DNA of 64,000 nucleotides from Candidatus Sericytochromatia bacterium (GTDB lineage Bacteria; Cyanobacteriota; Sericytochromatia; S15B-MN24; JAQBPE01): NCBI GenBank assembly GCA_035285125.1, contig JAYKHR010000174.1, positions 31,775 through 95,774 of the forward strand, written 5' to 3'. Shown here piece by piece: positions 16,768 to 25,668 of the stretch; positions within the stretch are counted from its first letter, which is position 1, and each line of letters begins with the position of its first letter. The notes under the pieces are model-generated. The model searched no databases. It was given only the letters and a program-made list of their open reading frames with translations, and was not told the DNA's origin. The position numbers and the translations under genes were made by a program.

Positions 16768-18420
16768 GTGCTGACTAGCGCGCCCGTGCGTGGGGCCCTG
16801 GGGGATTGGGTGGCTGGCGATCGCCCGCTGGCGACGGAGCCTGAGGCCGTGGTTGGCGCGGTTCGGCTGCTTCGTGAGCCGCTCGCGCTCGTCGAGGTCG
16901 ATGGCCGCGCGGGCGTTGGTGTCGGGGGCCAGCTGCGCCCCTCGGGGGGGGCTGAGCCAGGCGCGCGCCCTGCGTTCGGTTGGGTGCCGGCCCTCCGGCC
17001 CGAGCACCTGGGCGATCCCGCGTTTCTCGCCGCCCACGGCCTTCGCTTCCCTTACGTGGCGGGCGCGATGGCCAACGGCATCGGCTCTGAGGCCATCGTC
17101 GAGGCGATGGGTCGGGCGGGGATGCTCGGGTTCTTCGGCGCCGGCGGCCTGCCGCTGCCTCGCGTCGAGGCCGCCATCGACCGCGTTCAGGCGGCCCTGG
17201 GCGACGCCCCCTACGGCTTCAACCTGTTGCACGCCCCGAACGAGCCCGACCACGAGCGGGACACGGTGGAGCTCTACCTGCGGCGCGGCGTGCGGCTGGT
17301 AGAGGCGGCTGCCTACCTCGACCTCACGCTGCCGCTGGTGCGCTACCGCACCGCTGGGATCCACCTCGGGCCCGACGGCCGCCCGGTGCCGCGTCAGCGG
17401 GTGATGGCCAAGGTCTCCCGCGTCGAAGTGGCGGCCAAGTTCCTGGCCCCACCGCCCGACGCCATGCTGCGCAAGCTCGTCGAGGCGGGGCAGCTGACCG
17501 AGGAGCAGGCTGCCTGGGCGCGCCTCATCCCGATGGCGGACGATCTCACTGCCGAGGCGGACTCCGGCGGGCACACGGACAACAGACCCGCCATCACCCT
17601 GCTTCCGACGATGATCGCGCTGCGCGATCAGCTGCAGGCTCAGCACGGCTTCGCGCAGCCTCCGCGCGTGGGCCTCGCGGGTGGCGTGGCGACCCCGCAG
17701 GCGGTGGCGGCAGCCTTCTCGCTCGGCGCGGCCTACGTGGTCACGGGCTCCATCAACCAGGCCTGTGTCGAGTCGGGAAGCTCTGACGTGGTGCGAGAGA
17801 TGCTCGCGCAGGCCGGCCAAGCGGACGTTGCCATGGCCCCTGCCGGCGACATGTTCGAGATGGGCGTCAAGGTCCAGGTGCTCAAGCGGGGCACGATGTT
17901 CCCGATGCGCGCGAGCCGGCTGTACGAGCTTTACCGGGCTCACGACAGCCTGGAGGCGTTGCCCGACGACGTGCGTCGCGCCCTTGAAAAGGATTACTTC
18001 AGGAAGCCCCTCGGGGCCATCTGGGACGAGACCAAGCAGTTTTTCCAGACCCGCGATCCCGCCCAGGTAGAGCGCGCCGAGCGGGACCCTCGCCACAAGC
18101 TGGCCCTGGTGTTTCGCTGGTACCTCGGTCACGCGTCCCGCTGGGCCAACGCCGGGGAGCCCACGCGCAAGCTCGACTACCAGGTCTGGTGTGGTCCCGC
18201 CATGGGAGCCTTCAACGCCTGGACGGCCGGCACCCACCTCGCGGCGCCTGCCGCCCGGCGGGTTGTGCCCGTGGCCCTGAACCTCCTCGCTGGGGCCTGT
18301 GCCCTGCGCCGCCTTGAGGCTGCCCGGGTCCAGGCTGCCGGGGCCGGGTTGTCCCTCGCGACCGCTGCCGACGTGGCCTCTGTGCTGAACGAGGCGGAGG
18401 TCGCCTCGGCGCTGGCTTGA
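16768..18420 (+). CDS. pfaD: PfaD-family trans-acting FMN-dependent enoyl-ACP reductase
   Basis: YVAGAMANGIGS, AKVSRVEVA, TAEADSGGHTDNRP, APAGDMFEMGVKVQVLKRGTMF, DYQVWCGPAMGAFN. Confidence 0.95.
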   Translation: MLTSAPVRGALGDWVAGDRPLATEPEAVVGAVRLLREPLALVEVDGRAGVGVGGQLRPSGGAEPGARPAFGWVPALRPEHLGDPAFLAAHGLRFPYVAGAMANGIGSEAIVEAMGRAGMLGFFGAGGLPLPRVEAAIDRVQAALGDAPYGFNLLHAPNEPDHERDTVELYLRRGVRLVEAAAYLDLTLPLVRYRTAGIHLGPDGRPVPRQRVMAKVSRVEVAAKFLAPPPDAMLRKLVEAGQLTEEQAAWARLIPMADDLTAEADSGGHTDNRPAITLLPTMIALRDQLQAQHGFAQPPRVGLAGGVATPQAVAAAFSLGAAYVVTGSINQACVESGSSDVVREMLAQAGQADVAMAPAGDMFEMGVKVQVLKRGTMFPMRASRLYELYRAHDSLEALPDDVRRALEKDYFRKPLGAIWDETKQFFQTRDPAQVERAERDPRHKLALVFRWYLGHASRWANAGEPTRKLDYQVWCGPAMGAFNAWTAGTHLAAPAARRVVPVALNLLAGACALRRLEAARVQAAGAGLSLATAADVASVLNEAEVASALA

Positions 18421-18438
18421 TTCGGAAGAGACGAAGGA

Positions 18439-21400
18439 ATGACCGCCACCAACGCCCAGATCCTGCCGGACGCCACGGCCACGCCCATCGCCATCGTCGG
18501 AATGGCGTGCCTGTTTCCTGGCGCCGGAGACGCCGGACTGTACTGGGCGAACATCAAGCGGGGCGTCGACGGCATCGGCCCCGTGCCGGCGAGCCACTGG
18601 TCGATCGCGGACTACCACGATCCGGACCCGAGCCGGCCGGACCACACCTACGCCCAGCGGGGTGGGTTCCTGGACCCGGTCCCCTTCGACCCTACCACCT
18701 ACGGGCTGGCGCCCAACACGCTGGAGGCCACGGATCCCGCCCAGGTGCTGGGGCTGGTGGTCGCCTCCGAGGCCCTCCGCCACGCGGGCTACGGGCCTGA
18801 GCGGCCTTTCGATCGCGCCCGGGTGAGCGTGGTGCTCGGGGTCACGGGCACGCTGCAGCTGGTCGTTCCGCTCGGGGCCAGGCTCGGGCACCCCCACTGG
18901 CGGCGCGCGCTCGCCGACGCGGGCGTCCCGGCGGAGCAGGCGGCCGACGTCATCGAGCGTATCCAGGCCGCCTATGTCCCCTGGCAGGAAGCCTCCTTCC
19001 CCGGTCTGCTCGGCAACGTCGTGGCAGGGCGGATCGCCAACCGGCTCGATCTTGGGGGCACGAACTGCGTCGTCGACGCCGCCTGTGCCTCGTCGCTGTC
19101 CGCCATCCACCTCGCATCGCTGGAGCTGGCGTCCGGACGGGCCTCGATGGTGCTGACGGGCGGGGTTGACGCCTTCAACGACATCTTCATGTACATGTGC
19201 TTCTCCAAGACCCCGGCGCTCTCGCCCAAGGGCGACGCCCGGCCATTCGACGCCAATGGCGACGGCACGATCCTCGGGGAAGGCGTCGGGATGGTGGTGC
19301 TCAAGCGCCTCGCCGACGCCGAGCGCGACGGCGACCACATCTATGCCGTCCTCAAGGGCGTGGGGTCGGCCAGCGACGGGCGGGGCAAGGCCATCTACGC
19401 GCCCGATGCCGACGGCCAGCGCCGGGCGCTCGATGCGGCCTACATGGCCGCGGGCATCGCCCCGTCCACCGTGGAACTGGTCGAGGGCCACGGCACGGGC
19501 ACGCGCGTGGGTGACGCGATCGAGGTGACGGGCCTGCGCAAGGTCTATGGGGAGGCTCCTGCTGGCGGCGCCTGGTGTGCCCTCGGGTCCGTGAAGAGCC
19601 AGATCGGCCACACCAAGGCTGCGGCGGGCGCAGCGGGCCTCATCAAGGCTGCGCTGGCGCTGCACCACAAGGTGCTGCCGCCCACCATCAAGGTCGCCCA
19701 GCCGCTGCAGGCGCTGCAGGAGCCAGGCTCGCCCTTCTACCTCGCCCGCGAGCCGCGGCCCTGGCTCTCGCGGCAGGGGCACCCCAGGCGCGCGGCCGTC
19801 AGCTCCTTCGGCTTCGGCGGCAGCAACTTCCATGCCGTTCTCGAGGAGCACCAGCCTCGGCGCCTGGCTGCCGACTGGGACGGCCGGATCGAGCTGGTCG
19901 CCATCTCCGGAGAGGCGCCTGCCGCGATCGCCGCCCAGCTGCAGCGTTACCTCGACGCTGCGGATTGGGACGCCGTTCGCGTGGCAGCCACGGACGACAG
20001 GGCGGCCTTCCAGGTCGGGGCGGCCTACCGGCTGCTGTTCGTCCTGGAACGCGGCGTCACAGACGTCTCGGCGCACGTCGGGTCGCTTCTCGCCAAGGTC
20101 TCGGCGGGCGCGCCCTTCGAGCTGCCAGACGGCACCTGCTTCGGGGTCGGGGGGCCCATCGGCACGTTGGGCCTGGTGTTCCCGGGTCAAGGGGCGCAGT
20201 ATCCGGGCATGGGGAGGGGCTGGGCCTGCGCTTTCCCGGGCTCGCTCGAGGCCCTGGAAGCGGCGGAGGTCGCCTTCGCCGGGGGGCCCGGGCGGGAGCG
20301 TCCCCACGGGCAGCGGCTGGTCGACAGGGTTTATCCGCCGACGGCCTACGACGCTGCGGTCGAGGCTGCTCAGGCCGATGCGCTGCGGGCCACCGACGTC
20401 GCCCAGCCGGCCATCGGCGCCGTGAGTGCCGGGATGTGGACCCAGCTTGCGGCCTGGGGCGTCCGTCCCGCCGCCGCCGCAGGCCACAGCTTCGGCGAGC
20501 TCACGGCCCTGTGGGCGTCTGGCCGCATCACGCAGGCCGACTTCATGGCGCTGGCCGTGCTGCGAGGCCGGCTGATGGCTGCGGGAGGCGGCGATCGCGG
20601 CGCGATGATCGCGGTCTCTGCCCCGGTGGACGAGGTGCGGGCGTTCCTGGCTTCGGGCCCGGCCGGCCTGGTCATCGCCAACCTCAACACGCCGACCCAG
20701 GTGGTCCTGGCCGGGCCCACGACGGCCATCGAGGCCGCCGAGGCGCAGCTTCGGGCTGCCGGCCTGCGCTTCGTGCGGCTCGCCGTCGGCGCGGCGTTCC
20801 ACAGCCCGCTCGTGGCTGAGGCGCAGGGCGCCCTCGCCGAGGCGCTCGGCCGCCTGGAGCTGCGCGCAGGCGCGTTCCCCGTGTACGCCAACACCACCGG
20901 CCAGCCCTACCCCGCCGAGGGGGGGGAGGCCAGGGCCCTCCTGGCCGCCCAGCTTGCCAAGCCGGTGGATTGGGTGGGGGAGATCGAGGCCATGTACGCG
21001 GCCGGTGTCCGCACCTTCCTCGAGGTGGGACCAGGGTCGCGACTCGGGGGAATGATCCGCGCCATCCTGGGGTCGCGGCCGCACGCCGTGGTGGCGGTCG
21101 ATGCCTCCGGCGGCAAACGCGAAGCCTTGCTGGACCTGGCCCGGGCGCTCGCCGTGCTGGCTGCCCGTGGGCACCACGTCGATCTCGGTCCCTGGCAGGG
21201 AGGGGCCGAGGCCGTCGAGGCGTTGCGCGCCCGCAAGCGTCCCCGCATGTCAGTCAAGGTCAGCGGTGCCCTGTACCGCACCTCCCCTGCCGCCCCCCGG
21301 CCCGCTCGCGCTGTGGCGACGGGCGCCCCCAGGACGGAGCCCTCCCCCATGCCGACCAACCCGCCCGCGCCCAGCGATCGCCCTGTCGATCCCGCCAGCC

Positions 21401-24400
21401 TCGCCTCCGTCGTGTCGGCGGCTCAGGCGACCCTGGCCGCCTGGCAGGCCTCTCAGGCCGAGGCTGCCAGGCAGCACGCCGCCTTCCTCGACGGCCAGCG
21501 GGCCGCCCAGGAGGCCGTGCGGCAGCTGATGGCGCAGCAGCGGGCCTTGCTGGAGAGCTTGTCGGGGCTTCCCGCGTCGGCGTCCTTGGCCCCTGGTGCT
21601 TCCGCCCCGGATGATGGCGCGGTCCCCCAGCCGGCCGCACGCAACGCGGCCGCGATGGCGCGCCAAGCGCTCCGCGCCGGCCGCGGTCGGGTCAAGGGGG
21701 CCTCCGAAGCCGCGCCCGCCGGTTCCCCCGTTCCTGCGGCCCCACCGGCCGCCTTCGCGCAGGCCCCGGTCCATGTCCCGCCGGCCATCTCCGTGCAGCC
21801 CCCGGCTTACGCCCCGCCGGTCACGCCACCGCCGCCGCCGGCCCCCCTCGTGGCCGCCGCCCAGCCCCCGGCCTACACCCCGCCAGCGGTGTCCGGCCAC
21901 GCCTCGGTGCCGACGGCGCCGCTGCCCGCGGTCCCGGCCGCACAGGTCAACGGCGCCGGGCTGGCCGAGGCCCTGCTCGCCGTGGTGGCCGAGAAGACCG
22001 GCTACCCGACCGAGACCCTCGAGCTGGATATGGCGCTGGAAGGGGACCTGGGTATCGACTCGATCAAGCGGGTCGAGATCCTCTCGGCGCTCGCCGAGCG
22101 TGCCCCCGGGGTGGCCCCGCTCGGCCCGGAGCAGGCGGGGGCGCTGCTGACGCTGCGCGATGTTGTTGAGGCGCTTGGCGGGGCCGTGGCGGTGACGTCC
22201 CCGTCCCCCAGCCTGGCGGCGGTAACCCCAGTGCCCGTCGCGGCTGTTGGCCCCGACGAGGCCCCGTCCCTCGTCGCGTCCCAGCCTGCGGCTCCAACTG
22301 TCCCGGCGCCTTCCGCCGGGGCCGATCTCGTGGCGGCCCTGGTGGGCGTGGTGGCTGACAAGACTGGCTACCCGCCGGAAACCCTGGAGCTCGACATGGC
22401 GCTGGAGGGCGACCTTGGCATCGACTCCATCAAGCGCGTCGAGATCCTCTCTGCGCTGTCCGAGCGCCTGCCTGGCGTGGCCCCCCTCGGTCCCGAGCAG
22501 GCGGGCGCCCTCGTGACGCTGCGGGACGTTGTCGCCGCGCTTGGCGGCGGGGTGGCCGCCTCGACCGGGCAGCCTGCCGCGCTGGCCCTCCCGGCGCAGC
22601 CCCCTGCAGCTGCCGCCTCGGCGCTCGGGTCGCAGCCTGCCGTTGCGGTCCTCTCGGCTCCCTCGGCGCAGCCGGCGGTGGTGGCTGTCCCGGCGCCTGG
22701 GGCGCCGCCGGAGGCCGCAGCCGTCGCGGCGCCCGACGTGGGGGCTGCCCTGGTGGCCGTGGTGGCCGAGAAGACGGGCTACCCGCCCGAGACCCTCGAG
22801 CTCGACATGGCGCTCGAGGGGGATCTCGGCATCGACTCCATCAAGCGCGTCGAGATCCTCTCTGCGCTGTCCGAGCGGCTGCCCGGGGTGGCCCCCCTGG
22901 GCCCGGAGCAGGCGGGGGCCCTGGTGACGTTGCGCGACGTCGTGGCTGCCATTGGCGGGGGAAGCTCGCCCGCCTCCGACAGCGGTCCAGCCGCTGCGGT
23001 GGCCCCGCCCGAGGCGGCCGCCCCGACGCCTCCCCCCTCGGCGCTCGAGGCCCTCTGGGCTCGGGCTGGTTCGGCGGCAGATCCGGCCCTGGCGCTCGAC
23101 CTCGTCGTGGAGGTGCCCACGCCGGAGGTCCTGGCGGCACCCGACCGTTTGGCCTACGCCAAGGTCCGGGAGGGCCTGGACCTGTGGATCGCGTGCAGGC
23201 CCGGCGATGCCATGGCCATCGTGCTCGCAGAGCTGTTCCAGTCTGCCGGGCTGGCTGCGGTCCCCGTCGAGTTGCGCGGGGATGAGCTGCCCGCCGTGCC
23301 TGACCGCCTCGGCGGCCTGATCCTGCTGGGCCCTGACGGCGAGGGGCCGCTGTGGTCCGACGCCGACGAGGCCTACTTGCGGTCCGCTTTCCTGCTGACG
23401 GCTCGTTGCGGGCGCGCCTTACAGGCCGCTGGCGCGGCCGGAGGGGCCTGGTTCGCCACGGTTGGACGGATGGACGGTGCCTTCGGGCTGTCAGACCCCG
23501 CCGGCGCCTTCAGCCCTGCGGCGGGTGGCCTGGCGGGGCTTGCCAAGACGGCTGGCCATGAGTGGCCCGGCGTCACGTGCCAGGCCTTGGACGTGCACCA
23601 CACCTGGGCAGACGCCCGTGCCGCGGAGGCCATCGTCGAGGAGGTCTTCATCGATGGCCCGGCGGAGATCGGGCTCGGGCCCCTCGGGCGGGTGGGCATC
23701 TTTTCCCGGCCGGCGGGCCCTGCCGGGGCTGGCGCGGCTCCCTGCCGCCCCGGCGAGCTCGTCGTGCTGACGGGGGGCGCCCGCGGCGTGACGGCAGAGG
23801 TGGCGGTCGCCCTGGCGGCAGCCTATCGCCCCGTCATCGCCTTGCTCGGGCGCTCACCAGCGCCAGAGCAAGAACCTGCCTGGTTGGTCGGTGCCCTGGA
23901 CGAGGCCGCCGTCAAGCGCGCGGTGGCCGCCAATGCGGAGGCGCCCATGGCGCCCCGGGAGCTCCAGGCCGCCTGGCTCGGCATCTCGGCCGCGCGCGAG
24001 ATCCGTCGGACGTTGGAACGCCTCGCGGCGCTGGGCGTGCAGGCCGTCTACCGGGCGGTAGACGTGCGCGACGCGGGAGCAGTCAGTGCGTGCCTCTCGG
24101 AACTGCGGGCCGCGCACGGCCCCGTGCGGCTCTTGGTGCACGGGGCGGGCGTCCTCGCTGACAAGTACCTCGTCGACAAGACGCCGGCGGCCTTCGATGC
24201 CGTGTTCGACACCAAGGTGAAGGGGCTGCGGGCGCTGCTCGCCGGGCTGGACCCCGGGGAGTCCCCGGCGATCGTGCTCTTCTCCTCCATCACGGCGCGG
24301 GTGGGCCGCGTCGGTCAGGCCGACTATGCCCTGGCCAACGAGCTCCTCAACAAGGCAGCCCATCGCCTCGCCGGCTCCCGTCTCAGCACGCGGATCCTGT

Positions 24401-25668
24401 CCGTGGGCTGGGGGCCCTGGGACGGTGGCATGGTCACACCGGGCCTGCGGGGCCTCTTCCTGGCAGAAGGTGTTGGCCTTTTGCCGCTTGAGGCCGGGGC
24501 CGTATGGCTCGCGGCCGAACTCGGCCGCGATCGGCCGGGTGTTCAGGAACTCGTCGTCAGGGCCTCGGCCGCAGACGTGGAGCCCGACCCTCGGGCGGGC
24601 GCCGGCCTGGCCGAGGAGGAGGTCGGTGGGAGCGTCCCCGACGCGAACGTCGAGGCCACCGAGGCCGAGGAGGCCCCCGTCGCGGCGGGTGAGGATGCGG
24701 ACGACGACTGGGACGACGAGGCGGCGCCAGCCGCTCCTGAGGCCCCGCCAGTGGTCGCCGAGCCCGGCCTCGAGACGGCAGCGCCAGACCCAGCCCCCCT
24801 CACCACCGTGCTGCGACGCGACATCGCACTTCGCACGCACCCCTTCCTGATTGATCACGTGCTGAGCGGCAAGGCGGTGCTCCCGGTCGTCGTGATGCTC
24901 GAATGGATGGCGCACGCCGCCCAGGCCACCCAGGGCGGGGCCACCTTCGCGGGGCTTGACGACTACACCCTGCTCAAGGGCGTGGTGCTCGAGACCGAGC
25001 CCTACGGCCTTCGCATCGATGTGGGGGCGCCGGAGGCCTCGGACGACGGCCTGTGGCGGCTGCCCGTGCAGGCGTTCGGTGACGGGCGCGACAGGCCGCT
25101 GGCGCACGCTGCCGTGGTCCTGTGCGAGGCAGGACTCCCTGAGCCTGCTGAGCACTGGTCCGCCGGCTGGAGCGGCGGGGTCGAGGCGTGGCCTTACTTC
25201 CGTGGCATCGACGAGGCTTACCGCAGCGTGCTGTTCCACGGCCCGCGCTTCCAAGGCCTGGTCAGCGTCGAGGCCCTCGGGCCCGAGGGGGTTCTCGGCC
25301 AGGTGCGGTCGTCCGCGCCTCCCGCTGCCTGGATGGCTGACCCCGTGCGAGAGAGCTGGCTGACGGAGCCGCTCGCCATCGACTGCGCCTTCCAGATGCT
25401 CATCCTCTGGAGCGTGGAGACGCTGGGAGCTCCCTGCCTTCCCTGTCGCATCGGCTCTTACCGCCAGTACGGGGCCTTCGGCGCTGGCCCCATTACGCTC
25501 GCCGTGCACGTCACGGCCAGGCGGGTCGGCACCTTGCTTGCCAACGTGGCCCTGCGCGATGCCGAGGGCCGTCTCGTGGCTGAGCTTCGCGGCGCGGAGT
25601 GCACCTTCAACGTCGGGCTGGTGGAGGCCTTCCGCCGCAACCAGCTGGCCGCGCACTCGGCGCCATGA
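18439..25668 (+). CDS. pfaA: PfaA-type iterative PUFA synthase/PKS: KS-AT-ACPx3-KR-DH
   Basis: KS DAACASSL/HGTGT/KSQIGH; AT GHSFGE and AFHS; three LGIDSIKRVEIL ACPs; KR TGGARGVT...YALANE; DH HPFLIDHVLSGKAVLP...FHGPRFQ. Confidence 0.95.
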   Translation: MTATNAQILPDATATPIAIVGMACLFPGAGDAGLYWANIKRGVDGIGPVPASHWSIADYHDPDPSRPDHTYAQRGGFLDPVPFDPTTYGLAPNTLEATDPAQVLGLVVASEALRHAGYGPERPFDRARVSVVLGVTGTLQLVVPLGARLGHPHWRRALADAGVPAEQAADVIERIQAAYVPWQEASFPGLLGNVVAGRIANRLDLGGTNCVVDAACASSLSAIHLASLELASGRASMVLTGGVDAFNDIFMYMCFSKTPALSPKGDARPFDANGDGTILGEGVGMVVLKRLADAERDGDHIYAVLKGVGSASDGRGKAIYAPDADGQRRALDAAYMAAGIAPSTVELVEGHGTGTRVGDAIEVTGLRKVYGEAPAGGAWCALGSVKSQIGHTKAAAGAAGLIKAALALHHKVLPPTIKVAQPLQALQEPGSPFYLAREPRPWLSRQGHPRRAAVSSFGFGGSNFHAVLEEHQPRRLAADWDGRIELVAISGEAPAAIAAQLQRYLDAADWDAVRVAATDDRAAFQVGAAYRLLFVLERGVTDVSAHVGSLLAKVSAGAPFELPDGTCFGVGGPIGTLGLVFPGQGAQYPGMGRGWACAFPGSLEALEAAEVAFAGGPGRERPHGQRLVDRVYPPTAYDAAVEAAQADALRATDVAQPAIGAVSAGMWTQLAAWGVRPAAAAGHSFGELTALWASGRITQADFMALAVLRGRLMAAGGGDRGAMIAVSAPVDEVRAFLASGPAGLVIANLNTPTQVVLAGPTTAIEAAEAQLRAAGLRFVRLAVGAAFHSPLVAEAQGALAEALGRLELRAGAFPVYANTTGQPYPAEGGEARALLAAQLAKPVDWVGEIEAMYAAGVRTFLEVGPGSRLGGMIRAILGSRPHAVVAVDASGGKREALLDLARALAVLAARGHHVDLGPWQGGAEAVEALRARKRPRMSVKVSGALYRTSPAAPRPARAVATGAPRTEPSPMPTNPPAPSDRPVDPASLASVVSAAQATLAAWQASQAEAARQHAAFLDGQRAAQEAVRQLMAQQRALLESLSGLPASASLAPGASAPDDGAVPQPAARNAAAMARQALRAGRGRVKGASEAAPAGSPVPAAPPAAFAQAPVHVPPAISVQPPAYAPPVTPPPPPAPLVAAAQPPAYTPPAVSGHASVPTAPLPAVPAAQVNGAGLAEALLAVVAEKTGYPTETLELDMALEGDLGIDSIKRVEILSALAERAPGVAPLGPEQAGALLTLRDVVEALGGAVAVTSPSPSLAAVTPVPVAAVGPDEAPSLVASQPAAPTVPAPSAGADLVAALVGVVADKTGYPPETLELDMALEGDLGIDSIKRVEILSALSERLPGVAPLGPEQAGALVTLRDVVAALGGGVAASTGQPAALALPAQPPAAAASALGSQPAVAVLSAPSAQPAVVAVPAPGAPPEAAAVAAPDVGAALVAVVAEKTGYPPETLELDMALEGDLGIDSIKRVEILSALSERLPGVAPLGPEQAGALVTLRDVVAAIGGGSSPASDSGPAAAVAPPEAAAPTPPPSALEALWARAGSAADPALALDLVVEVPTPEVLAAPDRLAYAKVREGLDLWIACRPGDAMAIVLAELFQSAGLAAVPVELRGDELPAVPDRLGGLILLGPDGEGPLWSDADEAYLRSAFLLTARCGRALQAAGAAGGAWFATVGRMDGAFGLSDPAGAFSPAAGGLAGLAKTAGHEWPGVTCQALDVHHTWADARAAEAIVEEVFIDGPAEIGLGPLGRVGIFSRPAGPAGAGAAPCRPGELVVLTGGARGVTAEVAVALAAAYRPVIALLGRSPAPEQEPAWLVGALDEAAVKRAVAANAEAPMAPRELQAAWLGISAAREIRRTLERLAALGVQAVYRAVDVRDAGAVSACLSELRAAHGPVRLLVHGAGVLADKYLVDKTPAAFDAVFDTKVKGLRALLAGLDPGESPAIVLFSSITARVGRVGQADYALANELLNKAAHRLAGSRLSTRILSVGWGPWDGGMVTPGLRGLFLAEGVGLLPLEAGAVWLAAELGRDRPGVQELVVRASAADVEPDPRAGAGLAEEEVGGSVPDANVEATEAEEAPVAAGEDADDDWDDEAAPAAPEAPPVVAEPGLETAAPDPAPLTTVLRRDIALRTHPFLIDHVLSGKAVLPVVVMLEWMAHAAQATQGGATFAGLDDYTLLKGVVLETEPYGLRIDVGAPEASDDGLWRLPVQAFGDGRDRPLAHAAVVLCEAGLPEPAEHWSAGWSGGVEAWPYFRGIDEAYRSVLFHGPRFQGLVSVEALGPEGVLGQVRSSAPPAAWMADPVRESWLTEPLAIDCAFQMLILWSVETLGAPCLPCRIGSYRQYGAFGAGPITLAVHVTARRVGTLLANVALRDAEGRLVAELRGAECTFNVGLVEAFRRNQLAAHSAP
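21961..22955 (+). repeat. Three tandem near-identical ACP-coding repeats within pfaA
   Basis: VVA(E/D)KTGYP(T/P)ETLELDMALEGDLGIDSIKRVEILSAL...LTLRDVV-type units at about 21961, 22327 and 22741, separated by Pro/Ala linkers. Confidence 0.92.

Noticed and set aside
16600..21177. 1525-aa minus-strand ORF, plus 23854-25656 and 28209-30809
   Set aside because: Antisense shadows of pfaD, pfaA and pfaBC caused by high GC3; Arg/Gly/Pro-rich with no motifs.
21961..22955. Direct repeats considered as a CRISPR array or mobile-element repeats
   Set aside because: They are in-frame ~210-bp ACP domains with Pro/Ala linkers, not short repeat-spacer units; no cas genes are present.
25599..25664. N-terminal extensions given by the ORF track (pfaBC, oleA, 4235, 1701, 43524, 57015 and others)
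   Set aside because: They overlap upstream genes or promoters; downstream starts have RBSs or stop-start overlaps and fit the family N-termini.
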